Shown: in pieces, positions 14,782 through 29,193 of the stretch
Position numbering within the stretch: position 1 is the stretch's first letter
How the letters are laid out: the number at the start of each line of letters is the position of its first letter
Origin: Octopus vulgaris
Taxonomy: Eukaryota
Length of the DNA: 64,000 nt
Assembly (NCBI GenBank): GCA_951406725.2
Contig: OX597815.1
Span: 76,322,001-76,386,000 of the forward strand
Reading direction: 5' to 3'
Notes under the pieces: generated by a model
The model's database searches: none
The model's input: only the letters and a program-made list of their open reading frames with translations
Told to the model about the DNA's origin: nothing
Program-made: the position numbers and the translations under genes

Positions 14782-15999
14782 TGTGTGAGAGAGATAGAGA
14801 CAGAGATAGATAGATAGATAGATAGATAGTGTGTGTGTGTGTATGAGAGAGAGAGTCAAAAGGGATAAGAAGGACAGTGGGGTGAGTAGAGTTTGCAGAG
14901 ATTCAGGGCTATCCACTGTGGTTATATATGGGTAAGTGGGGGTAGATGGAGTGGTGCCAGAAAGAGAGATAGAAATCATGGTGATAAGGAACCAGAGCCT
15001 ACCCTTAAGGTAACATTCTGGGCTATAGTCATGATGGGACACCGTCTTGAAGGGTTTACTCAAACAAATTGATTCCATTACATATTTTTAAATATGATAC
15101 TTATTTCCTGGGTCTCTTTCGTTAGATCACTGAGTTACGGGACCATAAACAAGTCAATGACAGTCATCAAGCTATGGAAGGGGACAGACACAGATAGAAA
15201 GAGACAAAGATACTAGTGTACACACACACACACACACACATACACATGCACGCACGCACACTCACACACGCATGCACACACACATACACACACAAACACA
15301 CATGCATTCACACACATACACACACAAACACAAGCAAACATATACGCATACTCACGCACAGACAGACAGACACACGCACACACACACACACAGACACACG
15401 CACACACAAGCACAAGCATGCACACACAGACACACGCACACACAAGCACAAGCACGCACACACAGATACACATGCAGACACACACACATCACGATAGACT
15501 TCCACATAGGGCATTATTCCGCTTGGGGCTATAGTAGAAGACACTTGACCAAAGTACTGTGCAATAGAACTGAACCTGAAACCTGTTGTTATGAAGCAAG
15601 CTTGTTATTCACACTGCCATGTGCAAGAATCTTGAATAGAAGAGAGAATATGATGCAGAAAGATCAGTAAAGGTGGGTGACCATTTTGGGAAAGCTGAAT
15701 ACAAGGTGTGGATCTAAATTAGAGCTACTACTTTTTCTTCTTAACCACATGGTTGGCATCTTGGGCAAGTGTCCTCCACTATAGCCCCAGGCTGACCACA
15801 GCATTGTGAGTGGAATTAGTAGATAAAAACTTAAAGAAGCCCATTGGACACACACACACACACACACATACACATACACATAAATACACATACATTCATA
15901 AACACACACACAAATACATATACATGCATATACATACACATACACACACATACATATGGTACACACACATTCATATATGTATATACATATATATATGTA

Positions 16000-16036
<37 letters not shown>

Positions 16037-16821
16037 GTATATGAATATGTGCGTGCAAATGCTTGTGTGTATGTGTGTGTACATGTGTGTGTCTGTGTAT
16101 GTATGTGTGTGTGTGTATATGCATATATGTATAATTGTGTGTGTTTGTGTGTGTGTGTGTGTTTGTGTGTCTGTGTATGTATGTGTGTGTATGTGTGCGT
16201 GTATATGCATATATGTGTATTTGTGTGTGTGTTACAATTTCCTTGTCTTCTCATGACAAGATATTTGTAAATGAGTATTACTATCATGCAAGCAATGCCT
16301 TTGTTCCCAGTCTTCCTTCAAAACATGATTAGTCTTGGGGAAAATATTTCCTTATTTTAAAACAAATGAAGGTTGGTGACAAGAAGGATATCTAGCTGTA
16401 CAAAACCTGGTGCAACAATTTCCATCCAAACCATGCGAATGATGATGATAATGAAAGGCAAGAAGAATGTCCTGCAACTTACATTTTATTAACCTATAAA
16501 TTTGTAGTCTTGTACCTTAGCCATAAATCAATTTTCCTTCTAAATAATTGCAGAATGGAAAAATCACTTAACTTTGACAAAAAAAAATAAATTAAATTCC
16601 TGTAACTATCAAATAACACAATTATTAAAACAATTTTTTTTTTGTGAATCAAAAGAGGTTAGAGTGTTAGAAGTTGCAGAAAATCGTTTTACAATTTAAA
16701 AAAGAAAAAAATTTGTAGCTTTTGTTGCAAAATTGACCTTGTGCCTTGATAAAAAAAATCAATATCTGTTTTCCGTCTTTGATTTTGTATTTTCAAATGC
16801 TTAAAACATTCTCACAGAGGC

Positions 16822-17082
16822 ATAGACATGGCTATGTGGTTAAGAAGCTCATTTTGTAGCCATATAGTTTGGGTTCAATCCCACAGCATGACACTTTGGG
16901 CAAGTGCCTTCTTTCTACTGTAGCCCTGGGCTGACCAATGCTTCTTGAGTGAGTTTAGTATTTTGTGGAACCTCATTGTAATATGTACAAATAGATAAAT
17001 GTATATGTACACACACACACACTACACATACACACACATGCACACACACTCACATACACACTCACACATACACATATTTATA

Positions 17083-17130
<48 letters not shown>

Positions 17131-17350
17131 TGTGTGCATGTCTTTGAGTCTGTTTTGCTCCCTACCCATTCAACAGCAAGTGTTGGTTTGTTTATGTCCT
17201 TTTAACTTTGTGATTTGGCAATAGAAACTGATAGAATAAGCACCAAACTTAAAAGTAAGCACTGGGATTGACTTCTTTCAATTAAAACCCTTCAAGGTGG
17301 TGCCCCAGCATGGTCACAGTCCAATAACAGAAGCAATTAAAAGATAAAAG
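16822..17350 (+). mobile_element. tRNA-derived SINE with internal CA/TG microsatellite
   Basis: tggctatgtggttaagaagc (A box), gggttcaatccc (B box), ttgggcaagtg, then the family body. Confidence 0.75.
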
Positions 17351-17761
17351 ACAATGGATTTTATGCTTTACAGTCCTCAGAGGTTAATGATAATATAATG
17401 GAATTGATTCTCTCGTTTATGCAGTTCACCACAAAAACACATAGATTTTGGACTCTAAGGAAGAAATAAATTTGTCCCCTCGTAGCCCTGAATTTTAAAC
17501 TCTGCTAGGAGTTAATAAAAATCAATATTAATAATATGTGGTAGTGGTGGTGGCTGTGGAGATGGCGTGGTAATCAACTATATAACTTTCCTTGCTTAAA
17601 AGGTGATATTTGTTTTCAGAGCAAATCATTTCAGAAGATATATAGAAAATAAAAGGAAGAAAAAAAAGAAGAATAATTTGTAAAAATAGTTTGAAAGCTT
17701 ATACGCAGTTTTTCCTTTTGTATGAAAAGAAAAGAGACACACATGTGTATGCACTCATTCA

Positions 17762-17837
<76 letters not shown>

Positions 17838-18028
17838 TAAATGCATACATATGCACCCACTCACCTTCTATCTATCATTTCTATATATATATGTGCATGT
17901 GTGTGTGCAGGCATATATATAAATATATATTTATATGTATGCATGTATGTATGTATGTATGTATGTATGTATGTATGTATGTATGTATGTATCTTTCTAT
18001 CTATCTATATATGTATGTGTGTGTTTGT

Positions 18029-18066
<38 letters not shown>

Positions 18067-18115
18067 CACACACACTATCACTGTTTGAGTTGCATAATAA
18101 TGGTATTATCTCTAA

Positions 18116-18149
<34 letters not shown>

Positions 18150-18528
18150 TCTTTTATTCTTTTACTTGTTTCAGTCATTTGACTGTGGCCATGCTGGAGC
18201 GCCGTCTTTAGTCGAGCAAATCGACCTCAGGACTTACTCTTTGTAAGCCTAGTGTTTATACTATTGGTAAGTTACGGCGATGTAAACGCACCAGCATCGA
18301 TTGTCAAGTGATGTTAGGGGGCAACAAACACAGAGACACATGCACACACACACACATACGCACACACACACACACATGACGGGCTTCTTTCAGTTTCCAT
18401 CTACCAAGTCCACTCACAAGGCTTTGGTCAGCCCGAGGCTATAGCAGAAAACTCTTACCCAAGGTGCCATGCAGTGGGACTGAACCTGTTGTTGGTAAGC
18501 AAGATACTTACCACACAGCCACTCCTGC
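18150..18528 (-). mobile_element. tRNA-derived SINE with internal (CA)n
   Basis: Full family pattern ending accacacagccactcctgc; further copies at about 18885-19300, 27840-28290, 30743-31072 and 59075-59500. Confidence 0.8.
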
Positions 18529-19711
18529 ATGACTTCCTTTGTTAACATTATGGGAATAGAGTATATACAATGCTTTTATTTTAGCCTATTTTCCTTAATA
18601 CAGCAAACCTGATTATCCAGTTTTGCCTGTTTTGGGATTTGCCTTGCTTGTGAACTGATCATTTATTATTTTCAAAATGTCCGCACTAAAAATGCTAGCT
18701 GAAAAGTCTGGATGTGTGTGGCTTTTAAGCTAGTATCAAATATATTTCAATTGGATGTTGCCATCAGCATCGAATCTAAACTAAAACTTTAACTCCACAC
18801 ATTGTCCCTTTTTTTTTTACTGAAATTAATCATAACTTTAAAATATATTTTTCATTTGAATTTCTATCTTTTCCATATTTTCATCTTTTACTTGTTTCAG
18901 TCATTGGACTCCAGCCATACTGGAACACAATTGATCCCAGTACTTATTTTCTTTGTATGCCTAGTATTCATTCTATTGGTTTCTTTTGCTGAACCCCTAA
19001 GTTAACGGAATGTAAACAAACCAATGTTTGTTGTCAAGTAATGGTGGGGGACAAACATAGCCACAATGACACAGATATAGGACACACACACATGCACACA
19101 CACATGCACATACATACATGCATGCACACACATATATGATGGGCTTCTATACAGCTTCTGTTTATCAAATTCCCTTTCAAGGCATCGGTTTTAGCCCAAG
19201 ACTATAATAGAAAATGGTTGCCAAGGTACCGTGTAGTGAGATTGAACCTGAAACTATGTTGTTACAAAGTGGTCTTCTTCACCACAGAGCCACACCTAGG
19301 CCTATGAAAATCAAGAGTTCTGATGCTGGCAGTTGAACATTGGCTGCCTAGATGAAAGCCAGGAATCGTAACCACTAGTCCAAATGAGAATATGTTCATA
19401 GGAATAATGTTCACTTTTCCATACCTTCATGGGTTGGATGGAATTTGTTGACATAGAAATTTTATTGCCAGATGCTTTTCCTGTCACCAACTCTCACATG
19501 TTTCCAATATAATATTTCCCCATGACCAGACTTGATGTCATGGAAGAATGAAAGTGAATTCTAAGGGTGAACAAGCTCTGTTTGTACTCATATACATTCT
19601 TAACAGAACACATCTCAACTACATATTTATCATCATCATCATTTTACATCCGCTTTCCATGCTGGCAAGGGTTGGACTGTTTGACTGAGGACTGAGGACT
19701 GTTTGATTGAC

Positions 19712-21247
19712 GCCAACATCAAATGAAGTATTTTTCAAGGTGACTGCCTCTCCCCATTACTCTTTTTCATGGTACTGATCCCATTCTCAAACAAACTGAA
19801 TAACACCAGGTATGGGTTCAAAGTGTATAATATAGTAAACCATTTGTTTTATATGGACGATCTGAAGCTGTTTGCTAGAAATGATGAAGAGCTAGTAGGG
19901 CTGTTAACAACTGTTAAAGAGTTCAGCAATGACATTAGGATGGATTTTGGTTTTAATAAGTGTACTAAGGCAACTTTTGTTAGAGACAAGCTCAAACAAA
20001 ACAGCTTCTATTAAATTAGATATCGACACTACCATCAAGGAGCTTGACCCACAAGAAAGCTATAAATACTTGGGGATAAATGAAGGAGATGGTATACAGC
20101 ATGCTACTATGAAAGAAAAAATAAGAAAGGAGTATTACAGGTGAGTAAGACTCATACTAAAAACTGAACTCAACTCCAAAAATTGCATCGAAGCCATTAA
20201 CACCCTGGCTCTTCCAGTAGTCCAATACAGTTTTAACATCACTAACTGAAATCTTACAGAGCCCCAACACCTGGACAGGAAGACAAGAAAACTACTAACA
20301 TCTAAGAACATGTACCACTCAAAAGCAGATGTTGAACATCTGTAACCACCTAGACACAAAGGGAGAAGAAGAATGATGCAGGTAGAACTTTGCTGTAAGA
20401 CCTCCACAATAGCAATGAACAAGTACTTATTTAGTACAGAGAATGGATGCTGCAGCTTGTGTGCAAACATGGAAGCAGCAAAAAATCACATTCTATTGTC
20501 AAGGAAACTTCCAAATTTGCAAGGGAACTTAGCATTAACCCTGAATTAGATGAAGAACCTGAAACAACTGCCACCAAACAAGCAAAATGGAACAAACAGA
20601 CTGCAAAAACGATTGGGCAGAAACAAATTGAGGAGCGGTGGAGCTAGAAGCTTCTTCATGGACAGTATATACTTCGAAGCTGAAATGCTGATATAGACCA
20701 ATCAACAACACATCAGTGACTGAGAAGCTCAGGACTAAAAGCAGAGACTGAAGGTTTCAAAATGATCCAGGCTAATCGACCAAACATAATCATTAAAGAC
20801 GGGAAAAATTCTTCTAGACTAACAGACGTAAAAATAGGATAAAAATATAGCTGATATCACTGATAAAAATATGTCTGTAAAGGAACTTGACTAATTAAGT
20901 AAATATAAGGACTTGGAAATTGAAATATAAAAGATGTGACATCTTAAAACAAGAACTGTTTCTGTTATTGTGGGTGCCCTAGGTATCATAAGAAAGGGAT
21001 GTCAGATAATATCACAGGAGTACCCTGTCTCAGAGAAATCCAAAAGATTGAACTGACAAGTACTGCCCACATCCTTAGAAAGACCCTATCAGTTTAAATG
21101 TCTATGTTGTATTACATGAAGATATTTCACTACTGCCCCTGCCACTTCTCCTCCCCAAGCTTTCAGTCATATTGTAACATCTCACACATCCTAGGATGCT
21201 GGGTGTGTCTCAGCAAGTGATTGTAACAAACTTGCAGAATAAAAGTA
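19712..21247 (+). pseudogene. 5'-truncated R4/Dong-clade non-LTR retrotransposon (RT + RLE), with stops and frameshifts
   Basis: IFQGDCLSPLLF, NHLFYMDDLKLFA, YKYLGI, LHGQY, LKAETEG, KYKDLEIEI, VIVGALG, TAHILRKTL; ends in a (TAA)n tract. Confidence 0.88.
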
Positions 21248-21282
21248 AATAATAATAATAATGATAATAATAATAAGAAGAA

Positions 21283-21373
<91 letters not shown>

Positions 21374-21414
21374 AATGATTATAATAATAATAATAACAAC
21401 AACAATAATAATAA

Positions 21415-21712
21415 TTTCAAATTTTGGCACAAGGCCAGCAAGTTTGCTACTAAGCCCTTTGACCGGCACGCTAACAATTGTACCAGCTTGCCACCTTAAT
21501 AATGATAATAATAATTTCTATAAAGGCACAAAGCCTGAAATTTGGGGGGAGGGGACTAGCTGATTACATCAACGCCAGTACTTAATGTATCAACTCTGAA
21601 AGGCTGAAAGGCAAAGGTGACCTTGGTAGAATTTGAGCTCAGAGCATAAAGATGGACAAAATGCCATGAAACATTTTGCCCAGCATGCTAATGATTCTGC
21701 CAACTTGCCACC
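21415..21712 (-). mobile_element. tRNA-derived SINE (second family), partial plus full copy
   Basis: Same motifs as 1448-1662 and 13140-13320. Confidence 0.7.
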
Positions 21713-22483
21713 TAAAAGCAGATAAATATTATTCAACCAACATCAAAATTTAATCTTTTCTTCAATTTTAATTTTGATATATTTTATTAATTCCTCAATA
21801 ACTGCTGTTAGAGTATCTTATTGATGCAAAAATCCTTCATCTCTTGTGGATAGTACACAGTAGATCCAAAGATAGATTATTCTAGAGGAAATTCTAGAAC
21901 AGACAAGGAAATACCTAATATTTGTTGTACCATAAACGTGACTAAAACCAGTTAGATGTCCTTATGGAAATATTTTCTAGATAATGAGATTTTTCACACT
22001 ATTTTCCTCATAGTTGCAGCTTTAGAATAAGGAAGTGATATGTACTTTTGTATGTATGTGTGTGTTTGTGCATGTGTGTATGTGTGAGCATGTGTGTATG
22101 TGTGTGTATGTGTGTGTATATTTGTATATATGTGTGTGTAAATGTGAGTGTATTTATGTGTGTATACGTGTCTATGTATGTGTGTGTATATATATACATA
22201 TATATATATATATGCGTGTGTGTGTATATATGTATGTATGCGTACATGTATGTGTGTATGTGTGTGTATGTGTATGTGTATGTATATGTGTGTGAGTGCT
22301 TGTGAGTAAATATTTTATAGGTGGAGCTCAGATTTGAAAATGTACATATTTGCTGGGTTTTTTATGTTTGTACATGTGTGAGTGTTTGTGTGTGTGCATG
22401 TGAGAGTGTACATGTGTGAATATGCAAATATGTATGTGTATGTGTTTGGTATGTAACAATAACATTGTACTTATATATATATA

Positions 22484-23392
22484 CTAGCTGATGTACCCGG
22501 TAATTCCTGGGAAAGCAGGGTTTATTCCTTGGTTCTGTTCTCATAATTGTTTCGCTAATCCAGTAACAACAATAGAAAGTATGTAGCCCTTAAAACGGTT
22601 TTTGTGCATTTATTGAGAATACCGAACTGTCTCACACAGGATCTTGTTTTAGGAATTCCCAATAAGTTATGAATACCCAAATTGTGAAGTCAGTTATGTA
22701 ATAACATGAAATTAATTACCTGATAGTAAGGATTCAAATAAAGTAAAAGAAAAGGGTTTTAATATGTTCCCAGAATATATAGAACTTAGGAGGAAATGCT
22801 AATAAGGTATGTATACTAAAATTGTGAAGCATGTTATGTAATAACAGGCTAATCAGATATGAGATAATAACAATTCAAAGTAAATAACTCTGAAAAAAGC
22901 TTTTGTGCGTTCGCAGAGAATACTACCCTCAGTGGCGCTAGTGTTGGTATATTCGTGAATAAGTCACTAACCGAAATAAGTGGATTTATTATTTAGGAAA
23001 ATACTATTTACTTGTTTAAGCATTGTACTGGATAAATTGCGAAAATAACTCAAATAGTTGAAATACTAAGAAATAAGCACGCTCAATTTGATTTATACAA
23101 AATAATTTACGAACATGAATGAGTTATTTCCCTTGGCTATATATAAAGATCCCTTTCAGGAGTGAATGGGTTATTTCCCTTGGATGTTTAAAAATAATAT
23201 ATTACTTAGATATAAGAACCCCTTCCAGGGCCCTATTATAGATTTTTCAACAATCTAAGTATGTCACTAGTTTTCCAGACATGAGTGCTACTCACGTGTC
23301 AAGTTTCATCAAAATCGATATAACGATGTAGGGGGAGTTAGATAACATCTCCACAAACAAACACACCCACAGATTTCCGCATATGTAGTAGA
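22484..23392 (-). mobile_element. Non-autonomous Helitron
   Basis: Minus strand begins TC and ends CTAG, with a subterminal hairpin (cccgg-taattc-ctggg); inserted at A|T without TSD; 5' part resembles 39021-39404. Confidence 0.7.
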
Positions 23393-23578
23393 TATATTTG
23401 CTTTGAGTAAATAAGTATATATATGAGTACATGTGGATGTACATGCGTGTGTGTATGTGTGTGTGTTGATTTTTATGCATGCTTGCACATGTGTGTGTGT
23501 GAGTATATATTATGTATATATAAAACTAACATAATCAGCAAAAATTCATATATGTGTGTGTGCGTGTATATATATATA

Positions 23579-23662
23579 TATTTAGATAAAGATAGTTATA
23601 ACCGGTTCATAGGGTTACTCAGAGTACCTTATGAACTGGCCATAACTATCTTTATCTAAATA
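23579..23662. repeat. Near-perfect 84-bp palindrome
   Basis: tatttagataaagatagttat...ataactatctttatctaaata with paired interior. Confidence 0.9.
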
Positions 23663-24095
23663 CTCTACTGCTCTATAACTTGGAATGTGCTTCTCATTTG
23701 GATTTTTCTCTCTCTCTTCTATTTTTCTCTTTTCAAAAAAATGTTTCTCCCAGCATTTACTATTTTCCTCTCATTCTGGTCTAATAACCCTCCATGTTTG
23801 TTTTCATTTGGTTTCCTTGTATGTCTCCACTGTCTTTTTTTGATCCCAACTTTGACCCTCCATAAATCCTAAATTTTATTTTGGAATTCATGAGAGCAAC
23901 AGTCTTTGAAGACTCATATTATCATTGAATGCTTGAAATGAGGAGTAGATAGACAGCCGACAACTGATGGGTCCTTTCTCTGTGTTAACCTGTCCAGTCT
24001 TCCATTTTTCCTCATTTGTTAACATATTTCATGTTATTTGCACCATTGGTGACGTCCTGTACCCATATATGCATGCATGTGTGTTTGTGTGTGTG

Positions 24096-24174
<79 letters not shown>

Positions 24175-24550
24175 AGAATATAAGGGTAAAAATTATGTTA
24201 ATGATTTTTATCAGGTAGTCAGCATGCTATAACAATCTATAGGCAATTTATACATTAACTTAATAATAATATACATATGTATATAATTATATTAATTATA
24301 TTAATATAATTATATATGTATATAATTATATTAAGTATGCTTGAAGCGCTGACACCTAGTTTTTTGGTAGTTTTTGAAGGTATTGGCACTTCAAGCATGC
24401 TGGAAATAGGTCGTTTTCATCCTTGCTCCCTTAATATAATTATATACATATGTATATTACTATTAATTTGATATGCGTGTGTGTGTGTGTGTGTGTGTTT
24501 GTATTATATATTATTTACTTTTTAATTGAATGCAATGCATCCATTTCCAA

Positions 24551-24765
24551 GTATATATATAGTTCAAATTTACAGAAAAGAAAGGACGAAGACAGGTATA
24601 AGAACAAGCAGGTGCATTAGTTTAATGCCTGGGAAAAATAGAAAAGTCTTTTACATTTCAAGCCTATGCTCTTTGACAGGAAAGATTTAGAGGGAAAATA
24701 GAGAGAGAATGAAAAAACATAGAGAGAAAAAAATGTGTGAAGTTCAAAGGTCCAACATGATGAGA
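24551..24765 (-). mobile_element. Penelope pseudo-LTR-like fragment with decayed minimal hammerhead
   Basis: Similar to 47941-48027 and 31521-31730; minus strand 24644-24686 reads ctttcCTGTCAAagagcataggcttGAAAtgtaaaaga. Confidence 0.5.
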
Positions 24766-24797
24766 TGACTGGAAGAAAGTGGTTGAATGAAAGGGAG

Positions 24798-24880
<83 letters not shown>

Positions 24881-24884
<4 letters not shown>

Positions 24885-25438
24885 GCCCTGATGCAGTACC
24901 AGGCAGTGGCTCTCATGGCTTCTGATCTTAACTGATTGGAAGTGTTATCATGTACATTGTTTTGTCTTGGTATAAAAGATGGGCTACAGCAAATATTCTG
25001 CTCAATACCACAGATTTGCTTGTCAGTTGTTTGACCTTAACCAGTTGAGCATGTCCCTTAGTGGCTGACGATATGTGCATCTCTGATCACGAGCAGAAGT
25101 AGTGGGGGAGCATCATAGCCATGTGTTGAGAGGGATTCTTTGGGGTTTGAATAGTTCACCTCTGGAAACATGGGTGGTTCTTTCAACATCCTTAAACAAC
25201 CCTTATTCAGGGACCGTTTGAGCGGGATGGGCTACTCAACCTGAAGAAAATTCTAACTGGGCCCTACCTGCAAGGTCATGTGCTGTTTATCTTGATATGA
25301 GATCACCATGTCGCGCACATATGGTTGTGATGCATGTGCCTGGTGTACCTTTATCAGACGGGTAGTCATGATGGGTATATTGGGCTTCGTATATTTTACC
25401 CCAGTGTCACTTTGATGGCATGAACTGCTCTCTCACTC
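24881..25438. mobile_element. About 560-bp interspersed repeat inside (TAA)n, copy 2
   Basis: Colinear with 13469-14003; (TAA)n on both sides. Confidence 0.85.
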
Positions 25439-25442
25439 AATG

Positions 25443-25473
<31 letters not shown>

Positions 25474-26444
25474 TAATAATAATAATAACAACAATAATGA
25501 TAATTCATTCTTTTATTTGCCACAAGGGCTAATATAAAAACACCATTATTATTATTTACAGGATTGTAAAAACAGCATAAAAAAACCATTCACACCTATT
25601 GCATATAGAAAGTTTGTTTACATAAAAACAAACACAAACATGAACTATTATAGTTCTTAAATTTGATGGGAAAAGGGAGGCTGATTTGCTGGTGTAAAGG
25701 TAACACACTTAGTCGCATTAACAAAAGGATGTGGGTTCGACTCCCATGCGGATAGGAAAGTCTTCTATCAACTGTCGAGGGCTTATATGCCCCTTTATTA
25801 GACTATTTTCCTTAGTCATTGCATGGTGATCGCCATAAGCTTTAAGCTTATATAAAAATACCATACACACACACACACACACGCACACACGCATGCACAC
25901 ACACACACACACATATATATATACATGAATATACTTTATATATATACTTATATAAATAAATATTTGGTTTTAATAATTTAGTTGGAAGGGGAGAGCATCT
26001 TCACTGACCTTTGCAACCCTCCACCTCCCCTACCTCCATGTCCATCACAATCTCCATGACATCTATCATCACCAGTGCCATCACCAGCATCAGCACAAGC
26101 ATCTGTATCACCTCCACCACCTCCACCACGACTGCCATCACTGCTGCCACTGTCACTGCTACTGCTGCCTCTACTTCTATCACCTCCTACCTACCTGCTG
26201 GTCAAGTCAATGAGGTTGATATGTTGGACTGGAACATCTTGAACTTCTGTATACTTGTTTGTTAAGGATGAGTCAATGGTGGAATAGCAGTACTCATGAC
26301 CTTTACAGGGTATCTCAGCCTGGTAGTGCAAAAGAGAAAAGAAATCATGGTTCATGGGTTGTTGCTAATTGTTTACTGGGATCTCTGAAAGTAGCCTTGC
26401 TGGAATTCACTGAATATTGGGTAAGTCCATGAGGCAATCTGTGA

Positions 26445-27315
26445 AAAATAGTTTTTGTTCAGCCTGTAGCTATTGTAGAAGAGAAGGATTTGTTCAGGTG
26501 AGGGCTAACAGGAGATAAGACTTTGGTCAGTTCAGTGCTACAATATAAGACATTGATAAACCTATAACTATATAGAAGACAAGGCTTTGGTCAGCTAAGA
26601 TCCACAGTTGAAGATAAAGTTTTACAGAGTCAGAGATTAGACCAGCCATTTCTTATAGTAGAAGAGAAGGGTTTAGTAAACACAGGGTTAAAAAAAAGAA
26701 GCTTTTTTGTCAGTGCTGGTGAGACAGGAGACAAGACATAGGGTCATTGGGGGCTATAATAAGTGCCAAGACCTTGGTCAGACCAGGTTTATATAGAAGA
26801 GATGGATTTGCTAAACCTGGGGCCAAAGTAGAAATAATTTTTTGTCATCCTGTGGATGTGTAGAAGATGAGGTTTTGATTAGACTGTTACTAACAGGAAA
26901 CAAAGCTTTTTACTTTCTTGTGTTATAAACAAACAAGGTTTTGGTCAGTTAGGGCCTAACAGGAGAAAAGGCTCTAGTCAGACCTGTACTATGGTAGAAG
27001 AAAAGTCTTTAGTTAACAATGGTAATTATCAAAGACAAGATTTGGTAAGCCTATGGTTAAGAGAAAACGAACATTTGGTCTGCCCTGGTCTAACAAGAGA
27101 CAAATCTGTTGGTTAGCTGGCAATATAAAATGTAACTTAGCCTTGATCAGACTATAGCTGTATAGAAGAAAAGGATTTAGTTAGCCCATGTCTCTAGTCG
27201 AAACAATTTTTTGATTATCCTGAGGTTATATACAGCACAAGGTTTTGGTTACACTGGTGCTAACAGGAAATAAAGCTTTGGACATTCCAAGGTTAAAAAC
27301 AAACAAGGTTTTCAT
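26445..27315. repeat. Degenerate minisatellite, unit about 32-33 bp
   Basis: Recurring agaagacaaggctttggtcagc..gggctatagt; matches a segment of the SINE body. Confidence 0.75.
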
Positions 27316-27354
27316 CACATGTTAGGAATTCATTTAACTGCTTGGAAGGCTTGC

Positions 27355-27570
27355 TACAAAATAGCTGACAGCTTTTGTTTTCCAGGTGACCTAATGAGCT
27401 GTGGAGGTAGATGTTGGGAAAAGATTAAAGCCATAGTAAAGGGTAGGATGGAAAAAATTCTTGGAGCTACTATTATATCAGTTAGCAATAAAGGGTTTCT
27501 GAAAGTGGGAAATGCAGACTGTTCAATGCTTGTGTATGAAATGTGATATTGCATAATAGTAACGCATGAA
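27355..27570 (+). pseudogene. Highly decayed RTE LINE RT fragment
   Basis: Colinear similarity to 53345-53560 (DSF..GD...GG C...W KF ELL...RLFNACV). Confidence 0.5.
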
Positions 27571-28068
27571 GACTGTGTAACTGTAGTGCATTGTTGTTTG
27601 TCAGTTAATAAATCATTACTGATCAACTGGATGTCCTTACTCTTGAATGTGGTCAAGGGCGTTTGTGTATTTATTAGTAGCACCAACTTATATATCTGAG
27701 CATATCTGTACTCCTGTGTACATGTTCTGAATTTAGTCACATCAAATTAAATTATTTAGTCAGATAAAAAAAAATGTAAGTTAATATATCTTATCTGAAG
27801 TGTATAACATGCAGGAATGTATATGCTTTTATCTTCCATCTTTTACTTGTTTCAGTCATTGGATAGTAGTCAAGCTGGGGCACCAGCTTGAATGGCTTAG
27901 TCAAGCAACTTGATCCCTGTACTTACATTTTTTAAAATAAGCCTGGTCTTATTCTGTCTGTCTTTTTTGTCAAACTGTTAAGCTACAGAGACATAAACAA
28001 ACTAATACTGGTTGTCAAATAGTGGTGGGGAGAAAACACATACACAAAGAAACACAACACATGTAGAG

Positions 28069-28143
<75 letters not shown>

Positions 28144-29193
28144 TTCTTTCAGTTTCTGCTGACCAAATCCACTCATAAGGCTTTGGTTGGCCTGGGGCTA
28201 TAGTAGAAGACACTTGCCCAGAGTGCCAGGCAGTGGGATTGAATCTGAAACCATGTGGTTGGGAAGCAAGTTTCTTACCACACAGTCATGCTAAGGTGTT
28301 TGCTTTTTTTTTGTATATTTTAATCAGGTGGGAAGGTAATGGTCATGACCCTTTACAAGGCTTCTGAGACTCATGAGAGTGAGGGAGGAAGTGAGGCCTG
28401 GCTGATTTGGTTGCAACAGAGCAGATTCTGCATAAGGCAGCCAAGGACTTGGTGGTGGTGTTAATTTGAGGGACAAATTCAGTCTACCACACAGGAAGCA
28501 CCCAAGAACCAAGTGTGGGAGGGTAAACTGGGATGTTGTGTGTGTGTTGAGAAAGAGAGAGAGAGCGGGTATGGGGTGAGGTTGTGGTATGTGTGTGAGT
28601 GAATGCATGTATGTGAGTGCATGTGTATGAGTGAGTGCATGTGTGTGAGTGTGTATCTGCATGAATATGTGAGTTTGTTAATGTGTGTAAGTGTATATGT
28701 GAATGAGTGCATATGCATGTGTATATGTGAGTGAGTATATGTGAGTAAGTGTATGTGAGTGAGTGTATGTGTGTGAGTGAGTGAATGTATGTGCGACTGT
28801 CTATGTGAGTATGTGTACATGTGTGAATTTGTGTATTTGAATGTGTGCATGTGTGAGAGTGTATATATGTGAGTGTGTGTGTATGTGTGTGTAAAAGTTT
28901 ATGATTAGAGGTTTGTATTTCAACCTATTTTATTCAAGAATAAAATAAAATGCAAAAAAGTAAAAAAATTCTCCATTTTCATGTTTGACTACTGTGTAAT
29001 ACAATACATTTGGGTATGGTGTTGTTATTGTGTGACGTGAGATCATCTCTTTCTGAGTTGACTTGCATGCCCCACTGATACATAAATATTTAAGCAAATG
29101 ATTACACAGGGCACCTCAGATATACTATGTCTTTGCTTCATTGAGGACCATAATGAATAGTTCCTATTGTGTAACACTGTGAATATATATATA

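Noticed and set aside
23900-23960. TTGAAGA...GAAA hammerhead-like spacing
   Set aside because: Core mutated and stems II/III not convincingly paired
26445-27315. CRISPR-like periodicity
   Set aside because: Head-to-tail degenerate units without unique spacers, no cas genes, eukaryotic context
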